Assembly: GCA_964247055.1 (NCBI GenBank)
Contig: OZ176057.1
Location: 4,216,001-4,280,000 of the forward strand
Source of the DNA: Paragordius varius
Lineage: Eukaryota; Animalia; Nematomorpha
Direction of reading: 5' to 3'
Length of the DNA: 64,000 nucleotides
The notes below the pieces were generated by a model. That model made no database searches. It saw only the letters and a list, made by a program, of their open reading frames with translations, and had not been told where the DNA came from. Numbering within the stretch: the first letter of the stretch is position 1; each line of letters begins with the position of its first letter. Position numbers and translations under genes: made by a program. Positions 1-13,750 of the stretch are shown in pieces.

Positions 1-419
1 AATAAATAGTTAATTTATTTAATAACTATCTAACATTCGGTTAGAAATACCTTTACCACAAATCATTTTCATCATTTTATATCTTTTTTGATTTCGTTTT
101 GATTTCTTTTCTTTATCCTAAAGAAGGTTATACAATTATAACCGAAAATTAGATATTTATTAATCACCTATTTATTTTTAAAAAATCATTTATACTCATT
201 ATTGCCATTTACTTTTTAACATAATGTATTATTATAATAAAGCTTTTGGTTTTTGCCCTTCAAGTGATATAAAAAAGTTATTAGCACTCTAAGTGTTCCA
301 TATCTAAATTTATGCACATTTCTTTTAATATAATTCTTTTGGTGAAATAAATTCTTTTTCTAGCAAATATCTAAAATATATTATAAAACTATAAAAATAT
401 TTTAAAAAATTTATTTTTA

Positions 420-1000
420 GATGGGATCCCCAAAAGTCCAAAATTCTTTCACTCTTTTAAAATGGGTGAATTCCCTTAAGAAACGAAAAAAATGCCGGGG
501 TTAGGCGATAAAAATTTTACTAAAAATAAAATGGATAATTCCTATAATAAATTTAATTCTATGCAACATTTGGTTGAAGCCTTCATACTATTTTGGGTAA
601 TTGTGAAACATTTTAAAAACACACTTTTTATAATTAAATTCTAATTATTTGTATGCTTGATTATAATTTTCATGTTCAATTGCTTTTGGGTGATTTCTGT
701 AAAAAAATTCAATTATATTTATTATATATTTGAAGGCAAAAAGATATTGTAATCAAATATTTTAGGTTATAATAAAGTTCAGCATCATCAAATTATGTAG
801 AAAAAGTGTTTTTATACCGTTTCGATTACCCTTCAAAATAGCATGAAGTAATCTTCAAAATGATTTTGCTTTTATATAAATTTTGCTAAAGTATGCATTT
901 AAAATATTTTTAACTTATATAAAAATTTAGCATATATTTTCTAATGCCAATCTCGGCATTTTTGCGTAAATCCACCAAAACTATATTTTAGTAAAAAATG
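420..1000. mobile_element. MITE-like element family 2 (degenerate long inverted arms)
   Basis: CCAAAAGTCC...AAAATGGG...ACGAAAAAAATGCCGGGG (430-500) with inverted counterpart CTCGGCATTTTTGCGT (952-967). The same motif set recurs at 7325-8005, ~12830, 13430-13750 and ~31720. Confidence 0.55.
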
Positions 1001-1119
1001 GGATTTATCCCACATTTAAAATTGTATTCCATTAACAATATATGCTTTTTGTAGGTTGTTTATAATAAATATTATAATAAAATAAAATAATTAGCTTTCC
1101 ATTTTATAAAAATAAAGGT

Positions 1120-1990
1120 GGGTAAATTTTGCAATTTTCCGATATGGAGCACTAAGTAAAAATGTGTAAATAACTTTTTAATGTCAACGTCATATAGTTA
1201 GGGTTTCTATAAAATCTCAGATTATAAGTTGCGTTTTTAACACACTTAAAAGACAAAATTTTATGAAACTCTATTTGCCAACTAAACTCACTATTAGAAT
1301 ACCTGTATATCAAATTCAAACAAAAAAATATTGTTTTTATTTTCCATTTATTGTCATCTGGTTTATGACGGTATAAAAAATATACTGTTTTTTTTGGAAT
1401 TTCACAAAGTATATAAATACAAAATAAAATCTACAAATAGTGATTGAAAATCCGTACATATTTCCTATATTAATTAGTATTAAAATAAACTTCTGAATGG
1501 ATTTGTAAGGATTGATGGATGATATTCAACTTTTGAATCTTATTGTGTATTTATATACTTTATAGTTCCATGTAAGATTATCAAAATAAAACAGTATAAA
1601 TTTTACACTAAACCAGATGACAAAAAAAGGAAAAAAACAATATTTTTAATTTTATTTTATATAAGTTTTGAATAAAATATGAATGTTCAGATTTTAATAT
1701 AGGTAGTAAATAAAAAATAATTTCAATATACTTTTATAAAAAAAATTGTTTTTTCTCTTAAAAACGCCATCTTCTAAACTAAGTATTATAGAACCCAAGC
1801 TATATAATTTAAGGCTATTTATAGATTGAAAATAGGATAATTAAGCATAATATCTCAACTTTTATCATTATTTTGAATTTACACTTTTTGCAAGATTTTA
1901 AATTTTCTCTCAATATTTCAAAACTAGGTCGTCAACAAATTAAAAATTTTGCGACAAATTCACAGGGTCACAAGCTATCTCACGAAAATT
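1120..1990. mobile_element. Palindromic (foldback/MITE-like) non-autonomous element, family 1, copy 1
   Basis: Nested inverted repeats centred near 1487: perfect 15-bp TTGTCATCTGGTTTA (1351-1365) / TAAACCAGATGACAA (1609-1623), plus outer degenerate arms (1200-1250 vs 1755-1800). Homologous to 21815-22795. Confidence 0.7.
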
Positions 1991-3613
1991 TATTAAAAAA
2001 TAACCCTCTTTTTGCACAAGTGTATATATCCAAAGTTATTATTTTGTTTTTTACCGCTTTTAGCCAATAATAATGCTCTCATTAAACAAATTTTACTGAA
2101 AACCTTGCAATATATTTACTCGTATACACATATATAAATTTAAAAGTATAAGTTTTAAAATATCAATCGAATTCGATTTCATAAACTAAGCGCTACTTTT
2201 GTTCAAAATTTTGTTTATCTCGACTTTGGTGAACACATCTAAATTATCATAATTGATGCAAAAATATATTGAGTGAGAAACTAAATAAACCTTATATGAA
2301 AGATTAACAGGAAGGCATGCCAAAGAAATTTAATATTTTTGCAAAAAGATGTACTTTTACTAGATATTTTGTAGCTATTATCAAATTTTATTTTAAAAGT
2401 TATGAATAGATCTTCTTATTTCCAATGTGGATTAAAATCAATCCTAACCAATTTTTTTTATCTTATATGCAGATATCTTTGTAAGTATGCTAAAACGACT
2501 AAAATGATTGTTTTATTAAGATTGGTAACTTATTCAAAATTTGAGAAAAATATAATTTTCTAATGTCTAAATTTGGTTGATTTTTGGACCACCCTTGCAA
2601 AATATAGAAGTTATACCAAAATAGTTATAAAATACTTCTAAAACATTTAAACCACACAATACTTTATAAATCATCCACCAGTTTATATACATGTTGCGAA
2701 CAAAATACATAAGTTCATGCATACATTTTTGTTTGACTGGATTATATAAAAGATTTAATTTTTTTTCGGTTATGCAAAATCAATAATATTTTCATTCATT
2801 ATTGGCTGAAAAAAACTTCGACATTTTTTATAACAATAGAAGGATTAAATTTTGTATTCATATTGCATATATAACACATACCAATTAATCTTTACATACG
2901 ATCGAAATTTTTCGTACTGTTAACATTTTTTTGATGCCTGAAATCAATATCATTTAAATTTTATATAATAATAATGTATACATATTTTTTTGAAAATTTA
3001 ATCACGAGCTTGTATTCATGTAGCAGTTTACAATAATATAATACATATTAAAACTAATGAATAGATTTAAAAGATTTACATTTATCATACGAAAAATAAA
3101 TATGTTTTCACAAACATTTATTTTTCTTTGAATTTTATCATTCATTATCCGACTCTAGGTATATTTATTGCATAACATTTGACAAAAAAATGTCAACTTA
3201 ATCATTTTTTAAATTATATAAAATAGAAAATGATGCATAAATTATTTGAATCTAACCTTTATTATGACTATTTAAATAGAGGTAAAAATTTATTAGACCA
3301 CTTTTTCATTGTTTGTAAGTTTAGGGCCTATATTTTACCAATTATGTGGAATAGAAATTTAATCAAATAATTCAATATTATTATCGTTTACTAAGTAAAT
3401 AAATTAATAAAATTATTACGCGGTAAATTTTATATGGCGTCCACATATTCCAGACATATCATTTAATTGAATTAAAAATTCATACATAAGTAACGCTAAA
3501 AAATTGTTTTAATAGCTAATAATTTGCCTTATAAAAACTTAGAATTTCATACATATATATATATATATGTAAATTATATTCTATTATGACTAGCTAACAA
3601 ATACATAAAATAA

Positions 3614-6317
3614 ATGCACGGTTTACGCAGACCCAGTTATGACTTCTTAAAGCTCCAGCCCGATTATGTGCCCAAACGCAATTCCATGCAAACAATTGAG
3701 GAGAGAAATAGGGCTCAACAAAATTTTAATTCGTCCAATTATGGTGACAACAACAATAGTCGCAATATCAATAAACGTAAAAAATCGTCAATCAGTGAAT
3801 CCATCACTCAAATGTTTACGGGTATAAATCCCAGGTCTAATCTACAGACCTTATCCTACCCCCATCATCCTAGCAAATCCGATGCACGATATCGCAATAA
3901 TGGCCTGCACACTGATGAGTTTTCAACTGATGGAGAAGGTTATACATTCTTTTTCACTTATCATATAAAGTTCTATCCATTTTTAGATTGTAATTATTTT
4001 TCAAGTACGGGTAAAGCATCCAGATATGGAAAGGCTTTTCCAATTGTAAATTTAAGCCAACGGGTTAAACGGATTAAGGAACCATTTGACCGAAATGACG
4101 ACTTCTAAAGTGATTTGTTTGATTCCATGATAAAATTATAAAAATCCTGCTTGGCTTTTTTATTTAATCATATTCCCAATTTAATAGTTGATCATAGTTA
4201 TATTCTAAATTTTATATAGAATTTTTGATATTTCCTGGTCAAAATCTATGACTCATTCGTAAGTCGTATTGTTTTGTTTAGAACCAATTAAGCCTAATCT
4301 TTTCTACCATAAGATTACGGATGTTTAATAAATCTAAAATATGTTTATTTTCTATTCTAAGTTGTTGTTGCTCCGATCTAATTACTATATACATTTTATG
4401 ATTTATTATTATTCATCTTAACACTACATACTAATTGGGGCAAATGGATGCCCTAAGGTAATTTTAAATGGATTATTAAAAAGGCTCTAAATAGCGACAT
4501 ATAAATTTAATAATGCGTTTATTTAATAATGATGATAATAAGCCAAAAAAATTTACTTTTTCCATATCAAACTATTACGACGCTATTTTTATTTTAACAT
4601 TTTAGTAAAATATCCTGTTTTTTATTACACAGATAAACAAGTTAATTCTATATTATGTGAGATATTAATAAAAATAGAATGAAAAATTCCCATAATCTAT
4701 AACTAATGAATGCTATATTGTCTAAATTTTTACCTTTATTTCCCTTATTTTAAACAGTCCATATAATCATCAACTTCCCCCATTTACAAAATTTATAACC
4801 AAGTAACAAAAATAAGTGAGCAAAATTCATTTGTTTAATATGTGATACAAAATTAATGAATATTTTCAAAAATTTCATATATTTTTTGTGCTATTTAATG
4901 CTATCTAACATATTTAATAATAAATCTTGGTTATTATTTTTCTAATACGATTTAGCCTAATCTATTTTACATCGAATCTTTTATCTTTCTGTATAATTAT
5001 AATTTCAATTATCTGGATTTACCTTAAAATCAATAATATTTTGTGCCAAATTTTGGAATTTAAAAATGACCCAAAAACATATTCTGATACATATTGTTTC
5101 CGGAAAACAATAAGAATCAATAAAAAATTATTTTACAACTATGATATAAAAAATTTTTTTTAGGTTTACCAATTTATACAAATCGTAGAATTTTAATTAA
5201 CTCTTCAAAACAAATCCTATCAGAAAACAGCGAATATTAAAAAATCATTATGTAGACCGTAAATTTAATCATTCAACATCGCCAAATTTTTACCTGCTTA
5301 CCAAAATATTAATATAATAATGACAAAAAAGACAAAAATGCCACTGATTTTTTTAAAATAAGGACTTCTGGTTTTATATGGTTATTATGCCACCAAAAGT
5401 AATAATCAAAAGTATTTTTAGACAAAAATAATGTCAAACTCTTAGAGGTAATCAAACAAATTTTATTTATAATCGTTTGCAAAAATATAAATAAGCCGTT
5501 CGTAGACCGCAAACGCAAATTACTAAATATCTGAAGTATTTATTTAATATAATTTTTATAAGGAAAGCATAATATATATAAAAATATACTAGTTTTACAA
5601 CTCAAAATAAAGTTCCGTTATCCAGTTATAATCGATTATAATAAAAAAATTTTTAGGAAAAACCTTTAAAGTTTATTATCTATAGATGTAAACTATGTTG
5701 TTGGGAGTGGACGAGATAACACCGTGCGAAAGAAGAAACATTCGATAGCAGCTTTTTTAGCGTCCCGATTTTCCGTTTTACCCGAAGCCGCTGAATACTA
5801 TCAATACAGTAAATATGGTGATAAAAAGTATTATGAATGGGTCATTTACCTTGGTATCCTATTTGCCGCCATAATATTTTTCTTAGCTCTTGCCATGTTA
5901 TATGTCATTTCCACCAATCAGGATTTTACCATTGTCGGTGGCATGGGTTCCGGGGCAAATAGCATAGGTATAGCAACAAAACAACAAAACAACATTATTT
6001 CAGGTATGAAGAAACATTTAAGTGGAGTAAAACCTTCGAATTGGAAAACCAATTCGGCAGCTAATACCATTGGTGGAGGGAAAAAGGGCTCTCCTTCTCC
6101 TCCTTTAACGCTAAAAGCTGATCCACAACAACCCTTAAGGCACACCAATGTTGCTCAAAAAGCTGATGATAATCAAAATGCACCAAAGCAATTCCAGGAA
6201 ACGCACTCGAATCTAAAGAAGCAATTGACACAACAAAAGAAGGTTGTTGTAAAGGGTTCTAGTAAGGAAACTAAAGATTCTACTACTAAAAAGAAAGAGA
6301 AGGAACGAAAACGATAA
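3614..6317 (+). CDS. Probable two-exon gene, ~318-aa single-pass membrane protein of unknown function (exons 3614-3938 and 5686-6317)
   Basis: ATG at 3614 opens a higher-GC hydrophilic frame to a phase-1 donor GAAG|GTTATA at 3939. Acceptor TTATCTATAG|AT at 5685/5686 is in phase and in frame with ORF 5724-6317, giving ...STDGE-D-VNYVVGSGRDNTVRKKK. One hydrophobic segment WVIYLGILFAAIIFFLALAMLYVIS (5838-5912) is followed by a low-complexity Lys-rich tail. An alternative in-phase donor ACGG|GTAAAG lies at 4011. No family recognised. Confidence 0.62.
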
Positions 6318-7319
6318 AATTTATGAAACCTTGTATTTGGACACAGTGTCACCTTTGTAAATCTTTTAATTGCAAACTCAAAAATTCCATGTATATATTG
6401 TCGAAGAATGCATATATTTTATGACATAAAAAAGTAATTATTTTTAAGGCATCAAAGTAATGTGTTCTATGTATACATTTATTTGTTGCCTTGCAGACAT
6501 TATAATCCTCTCTCTTTTAAAAAATAAAAAAATATCACAACTTAAACTATTCTATCATAAATAGATTTTCTTTTGATCATAATATATAATTATTTTTGAT
6601 TAAATAATTTTAACACATTACGCAACAAAAAAGCAACGTTTTCTGGTCAATGCCATTTTTTATACAGTTTAAAATGTAGCCATTCTATTTATAATATATG
6701 TGGTGTTAACGCTTCTCAAATTATTTATTTTTAAACGATTAAATATATTATAAATAGTATTAATATCAAACGAAAATGATTGTGATACAATTTTAATTTA
6801 TAAATATTTTAATATAAATTATATAACTCCTATAGATTCTAAATAACCGCAAACATATAAGGGTACTTAAGGACTGTAGGAACTATATTTTGCCCAATAT
6901 TTTAATGTGGGGGCGTGTAAAAATTTAGAGCAAAATCAGAAAGGTTGCTAAAAATATTTTGTTCTTTCCAATATTTTATTTCGTAAGATTTGAAGGTTTC
7001 GTATGATTAATTTATTATTATCGCGCTTTTTATAATATATTTTTTTATATTTAATTTTTTATCGCCGATTTCGGACGTAGTCTTATCGAATTAATATTCT
7101 CAGCAATCAGGTGATAGAAAAATGTATCAGGATTATTAAAGTGCTATATTTTGGCCCTTACGAATGAAAATAATAATAATCATTTTTGTAGTAACTGCAT
7201 ATCAAAAAATGAAGTTTGTGCACATTTTTTTGATGATAACTAGAGGCTTATTTCAAAAAATATCATTAGATCATTAACTGTAAAACCAAAACAGTATTTT
7301 TATTTTAATTATTAGAAGT

Positions 7320-8005
7320 TGGCTCCAAAAGTCCCAATTTTTGATCTTAAAATGGGCAATTATTAAATAAACGCAAAATTGCCGGGGGCGACAAAAAAAT
7401 TAAATACATTCCTAATTTTGACATCAACTAAAAATATTTTTAAAATAATTCATATTTTTATTAACAAATTAAAAATAATATTTTATGCCAACTTTTCACA
7501 ACAATTTTATTTTAAATAAAATTTTGTTGATGTGTATACTATTTGATGCATGATGGAAACAGTTAACAAATGCCTTAATATATTATCAAAAATATAATTC
7601 AATGATGGTGAGTATTTTTATCGCTTCAATTAATTAAAGTTCGTTTGCTTTACAATTTTGGTCAGTATTTTACTAAAACACAATTTAGATTTAACATAAA
7701 TGTGACGACGAACGAATATTTTAATTAAATTCTGAGGTGATAGAAATATTCAGCATTATTAAATTATATAGATATATGTAAGTATATTATTTTAAAGCGT
7801 TTTATTCCGTTATATCATGCCTTAAATTAGTATAAAGTATAAAACTTTGCAATTAATTTTTTAAAAGTATACATTTTTGTAAAAAAAAATTTGACGCTAT
7901 AATCTAGCATATATTTAAATTTTGCGCGTGATCCCGACATTTTTGCGTTTATTTTCGAAAAACTAGCCCATTAAAAAGCGAGAAATTTGGGACTTCTGAT
8001 TCTCA
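7320..8005. mobile_element. MITE-like element family 2
   Basis: Left arm CCAAAAGTCCCAATTTT..AAAATGGGC..AAATAAACGCAAAATTGCCGGG (7325-7386) matches the reverse complement of right arm CCCGACATTTTTGCGTTTATTTT..GCCCATTAAAAAG..AAATTTGGGACTT (7933-7995). Confidence 0.65.
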
Positions 8006-8302
8006 CAACTAGGAAATTGAATTTTAGAAAATATTTATGATATATACTAGGATATTTTTAAAAATGAAGCATTTATATACTAAAAACAATTATTTATATA
8101 AATGTGCGTACGTTGCCATTTATTCATATGAATCACTTACCACAAAAGTGGAAAAAACTGTCTTATATTACTCGTAAGAGTCAAAACCAAAAGAATCATA
8201 TCTTGATACATTATTCTATCAGGATATATTTTTAATCGGTTTTTTTGAGGACACTGTGTAGAAAAAAAATTTATTAATTAAAACTATGATAGATTTATTT
8301 AA

Positions 8303-8305
<3 letters not shown>

Positions 8306-8335
<30 letters not shown>
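8306..8335. repeat. (AT)n microsatellite, ~15 units
   Basis: Read directly from the sequence. Confidence 0.95.
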
Positions 8336-8338
<3 letters not shown>

Positions 8339-9149
8339 TTACCCTTTATTACAAAATATCTGGTATAATTCGATAGAACACCATCCATTGAAATAACATC
8401 AATTTGTTGAAAAAATAAATTGTCATTTTGCGATACAAAACAATGATTGGCCTATTTTTATTGGTTAATATTTTATTTTATTTTCGAATTATTTATATTG
8501 GGTTTCGGAACGGTAAAATCGCTTATGAATGCAGCTATTCGCTCAACAATAAATTTAACACTGTAACATAAAGGATAATGGTTTACTCAGGGCTTCGGCA
8601 AAGGCTATAAAATTTAATTAACACAAAATTAATTTATGCTATTCAGTAAAAATTATACTAATTTTTAAAGTTCAATTTTGTATCATATAAATTTGAGTTA
8701 TAAGTTATAAATTATCAAACGGATAAATTCTTATTTCCGTAAAATATTTTAATTATCATTATATATGTTATATGATTTCAATATAACCTCTTTTCCGTAG
8801 TGAAAAATTAACTGTTTTCGATTATATTCTCATTAAGTGGGAATGTTATTTCGCAATACTTGCCTGAACTTATATTTGCATCCAGTATGTTATAACTTTT
8901 CTACATTTACAAATTTTAGACTTTTTTACTTACGCACACACAACAACAAATAATTTTTTATCAATTCTTTTCATTTTAATTCTCTTTTTCGTGTCGTTGT
9001 GCAACAAAAAATCACATACTATTAACCGATAAAATAAATTATTCTTATTAAAAATCGAATTCTAACTAAGCAACGAAATTGAACATAGACAGTAAAAATT
9101 AAAAAGTATGTTTTTATGTACCGCGTCAGGGTTATGTCGACTCATAAAG

Positions 9150-10090
9150 GATGGGACCCTCGAGACAGGAAAATATTTTTTTGGCCCTTTAAAGTTGGTA
9201 AATACCACTGTCCTAATGTGATACGAATTATACAATTTTCATGACTCAGGCACATGCTATTTAATAAAAGCCGCAAACAGCTTCATTTCGATAAATACAG
9301 CGTGACTTTGGAGGCAAATTTTTGAATATCAGATTATATGAAGGAGCTTGAAATATTCCCGTAAAAAGGCTAAAATTTAAGTAGCGATTTCATTAAATTA
9401 CCCTTTAATTAGGCCCTTGCCCTGATAAATGCGCCACCATAGAATGACTTTTTGGTTTAGAGGCAATATTTCGATCCCATCCGAGCATATGGAATCAATC
9501 ATGATTCCAGGCCCGAATTAAGGCCAAAATTTTAATCAAGCGTTATTTATTTCGCACATGGTTAGAAGCCTTCCGCCTAATACTGCGTCATCATATCGAT
9601 ACAGCATGCCTTTGGAGCCAAATTTCAGGAAACGTATATAATAGAAACATATGGAATCCATGATAATTCCACATACTCCCCATATAAAGGCAAAGCGTTT
9701 GCCCGAGCTTTCTTATACCTGCCCCTGGGTAAGGAGCTACCTGCCAAAAACTGCGCCACTATATAGAAATTGCGTTGTTTGAAGCTAATTAACAGAAAAT
9801 TTATAAAATATGAGCTCATTAAAAGCTTGAAATACCCTTAACTATGTAAAATTTAAGGTCGGGCGTTTTATTACCTTTATGCACTAAAAAGTTATCATTT
9901 AACGATTATTTAGAACCAATGAGACAATGGTATCAAAAGTGATTCCAAAATTTGCCCTACAAAGGCAAAGAATTTAACTCAGCGCTTTTTCCATATAGGT
10001 CTATGGGTAGGGGTTTACCGGTTTAGAACTGAGACGCCATACAAAAATAGCTTGGTTTTGGAGCTAATTTTCAAATAACTTGAGAAGCCA
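9150..10090. repeat. Degenerate ~150-bp tandem repeat array (~6 units), GC-richer than flanks
   Basis: Anchor TTT(G/A)GAG(G/C)(C/T)AA(A/T)TTT-like motif at 9307, 9456, 9611, 9778 and 10057. Second anchor AAGGC(T/C/A)AA at 9366, 9520, 9687 and 9962. Confidence 0.6.
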
Positions 10091-10557
10091 TACGATTTTA
10101 GTTAGAAACATTTTTGGGGAATTTTTATAATATCATTCTTCTCTTTAAAAAGGGACCACAAATGATTTACTTTTTATATCCCTTGATCCCAGCTGTGTGA
10201 ACACAAATTCAAAATAAACTTTTAACTATGATTTCGTAAAACAAAAATCTTAAAATAAATCCAATGGTAGTTGAAAATTAATTATAATAATGGACAGTTC
10301 AAATACGGTCAATTTTGAGTAAACAATATTTGAGTCTATGCAAAAATTAATAACAATTATTATCGGTGAGACTTCGTCAAGAAGCGTGACAGGGTCATTT
10401 CGTTTTTAATAATTTGTAAATTATGAGTAAATAATTTAGTAGCGCTATAGTGTATGAAGTATATTGGGTGATGAATAAGCCTGTATTTTTAATCCAATTC
10501 AATCATAATTATCTGAATATTAATCATCTATACTTACTATTCAATGCGAGTTTAGAT

Positions 10558-11032
10558 CAGGGGTGTCCAACAAGCGGCCCTTTATAATATTTATGTAGAC
10601 CACGAAAAACTTAAAACAAAATCTAATAAGTAAAATGGATTTTTGCACAATTTTTCCGAATAAGGTAATCCGAATTTAGGCCAGAATTGTTAAAATAAAT
10701 AATGGTTTTTACAGTCTTATATCTCCAATAAAATGTATGTTAATTCCCATATATTTTGGGAAGGCCCTCCAATTTTTTATCTAAAAATGCGGCCCGCTAT
10801 GATTATTTGTTTTGAAGAGCTTGGTTTCGATTATTCCTTAAGTGATACAAATATAATAAAGATATTTCCCACATCACAATTTATAATATGCAAATCCTTA
10901 TTGGATACATATTTTGAGATATAGGAGATTTTTTCATTGCAAAATTATTTTAGAAATAAACAATATTTTTATGATTTTTTTAAATAAATTCTTATACGTC
11001 GGAAAAGACTTTTAACCACACTTCGATACCCT
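10558..11032. mobile_element. Possible decayed hAT-type non-autonomous element
   Basis: Begins CAGGGTGTCCAAC..GCGGCCC, resembling the termini of Buster/Charlie-type hAT elements (established pattern). Degenerate inverted end TTCGATACCCT near 11021-11031. No target-site duplication could be confirmed. Confidence 0.3.
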
Positions 11033-13429
11033 TTGGGGTATTTTTCCTAAATAATATCAAATAATAACTAAAAAATAATCTACGATATGTAAAAAATAAT
11101 CAAGTTTGAGATAAATGGCTCAATGTCATGCTATTCTGAATTAATTATTTAAAATCCAACTTATAAACCATCGGAAAATTTTAATTAAAAACTTTCAGTT
11201 TTTTCGTTCATTTCCGCATTATACAAATTATATAATTATGTAAAATAAATATTTTGTGTAAAAATGTGCTTCTTTTTTTGTATGCTAAATATGAAAATAT
11301 AAACATGATAATAATTTTAATAAAGAAACTCATTTTATATGGATATCTTATCCCATAAATACTTAAACAGATATTTAAAATTTACTATTTAAAATAACCA
11401 CAAGTTTGGAAAGCTATTGGAAATTTACCTGAGTCCTATATTTGCATCAAGACATTTCGACAAACATCAAAATTAGTGTTTTAAAATTATTTACTCTTAA
11501 AATTATTATAATATTCTGTGGATAAAATTTAATTTATTTATAATTATTTATGATAAAGGGGGAGGGGAAAGAGGGTTTGGGCCAAAATTTGAGTCTATAA
11601 TAAATTTATTTTTATTTTCTTTCATTATTCACGACGTTAACACGAATCTTATTTAACAACCCATCGGTGTCACCCACTCAATTTATATAATATTATTTTC
11701 TGTTTATTACGGCAACAAAAATCTATTTGCGAGCCACATCTTAGATTGAAAAATTTAATAAATGTGCATTAAATTTTTTCGAATAGATTCGAAAATGGGA
11801 CTTGCATAACTACTAGTTCTATTTTCGTTGGTTTTCCTTGTAAAAATTTGGATGAATTGCGAAAAAACTAGAATTAATATTTTTGAAAAAAGATTGATTC
11901 CAATCTTCTAGGAAGAATTAAATATCTTAACATTATTTAACAAAGGTATAATGACTTCTCATCATTAATTTAAATAATATTTATAAGTCAAAAATTTTAT
12001 TTTACTGAAATTTTATTATAATTTTCAAATTTTTCCGGCGCACAAAATTTCGGAGGGCCGCCGCATGTACATCCGTGTTTTAATCATATTAAATGCTGTT
12101 ATAGTTTATTTATGAATTTAATTGATAATTATATATTAACCTGATTGGTTCTACACACATTTTTATACCTAATTTTATAATAATAAAATTATTTAAATTA
12201 CCCAATTGTTTAAAAAAAATATTGTTTTTGACGCATAATAAATGATTTTGATACTTGTTTTTAAAATATAAAATTGTCCTTGACATGTTATTTTAAATAA
12301 GGAACTAATTTTGACAAATAAACGAAATTAGTTATATAAATTATGTATATAATAATAACAAATTATTTATACTGTAAATACGACTTAATTTGTTAATAGT
12401 CTAAGTATAATACTTTGATCCAAATCGAGTATAGAGATCCCAGACTATAGTAATTGATATTATAAACTAATGAAAGAAACGATTCCAATATTTAAGCTTC
12501 TATTCTAATAAAAATAATATAATGCTAAAATATCTAAACATTAAGTTTTGAAAAAAAAGTTTCATAACAAAATACTTCGGCACCAATTTGATTTCACAAA
12601 ACTTTTGCATAAATTTTTTTATTAAATCACCTACATACATATAAAAGAAAAGGTTTTGTATTATTTTATATTTAGCTAATGCAAACATATGGTGAATTTT
12701 TACTTAATGTTTATCATAAAGTTAATAATATTAAGTTTTTTAAGTAAATCTTTTTTAAATTTCGGTACATCTAGGTAAATGGTGCAAACTTTTGCAATGG
12801 TTTCAATTGTTTATTCGTAAAACAATCCTGGGTCCCCAAAAACCCCAATTTAAATCTTACGACTGAATTTGTGTTGTATTCAATCCACTACTAAAAATAA
12901 TGTATCCATCCTGTGTAGAAATACTTCTGTAAACATACATATTCATAATTACTAAGTCCCTATTTTTCATTACGGAGCTCAAATTTTAAATGAAATAGGG
13001 CCACTTTGAATTACGGTTACGTTATGGTAAAACCAAGCTAATTGGAATTTTTTGAAGAGTACATTTTTTATTCCCCCAAAACTTCCACATTGCTTTTAAA
13101 TGAACCATAATATAAATATATTTGTTTTAAAGTTCCAGTCAAAAAATCTAAAAACTTAACATATTTGATGTTATTTACTAATAGCGTTAAATCTATAAAA
13201 TCATCAATTTTTTTAAAAAAAAATAAGTTGTGGTTTATTTTACAGTAATGTGACCAGATATTTTGAACTTTGACGCAGTACAAAATTAAGACATAATTTG
13301 CCTGTTTTTACACCATTGTTGTGGTATAAACAGTTTCCACAAAAAATTATCCAGATAAAATATATATATTCCGATAGGAAAATATCAGGATTATCATGGT
13401 GCTTTTGGTTTAAATTTTTAGATGTGTGC

Positions 13430-13750
13430 GAAAGTCCCAATGCCTCTTTTAAAATAGATTGTTTAAAATAAACGCGAAAATTCCGACATTTTGTAATAAT
13501 TTTAAATATATGCTAAATTTTGATATCGACTAAATATATTTTTAAAAAATGCATACTTTCAAAATTTAATTTTTTGCAAATTTTTGTTGAAGCGTACTTC
13601 ATACTATTTTCAGCATAATGGAAACGATATAAACGGTTGAGATGTTATACCATTTATATATTTCGATAATGCTATACATTCTCACTCAGGATTTTAATTA
13701 AAATATTCGTTCGTTTTCAAATTGTTAAATAAAACTTGTGTATTTTACAA
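13430..13750. mobile_element. MITE-like element family 2, partial copy
   Basis: AAAGTCCCAA..TTTAAAAT..AAATAAACGCGAAAATT at 13431-13482 and TTTTGTTGAAGCGTACTTCATACTATTTT at 13582-13610, shared with the copies at 420-1000 and 7320-8005. Confidence 0.5.

Noticed and set aside
3614-4108. ORF 3614-4108 as a complete single-exon gene
   Set aside because: After 3938 the translation becomes F/Y-rich intron-like text, and phase-matched donors join the downstream exon. The spliced model is preferred though unproven.
5918-6148. Minus-strand 76-aa ORF
   Set aside because: Antisense shadow of the higher-GC + strand exon 5686-6317.
8237-8261. Tc1/mariner-like termini (GAGGACACTGTGTA at 8248; similar at 18330 and 31327)
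   Set aside because: Only single ends were recognised. No matching partner terminus or transposase could be delimited, so they are not reported as elements.
8490-8612. GC-richer patch with possible minus-strand micro-exon (FAEAL)
   Set aside because: The adjacent intron would be 26 nt, the frames close quickly, and no partner exons were found.
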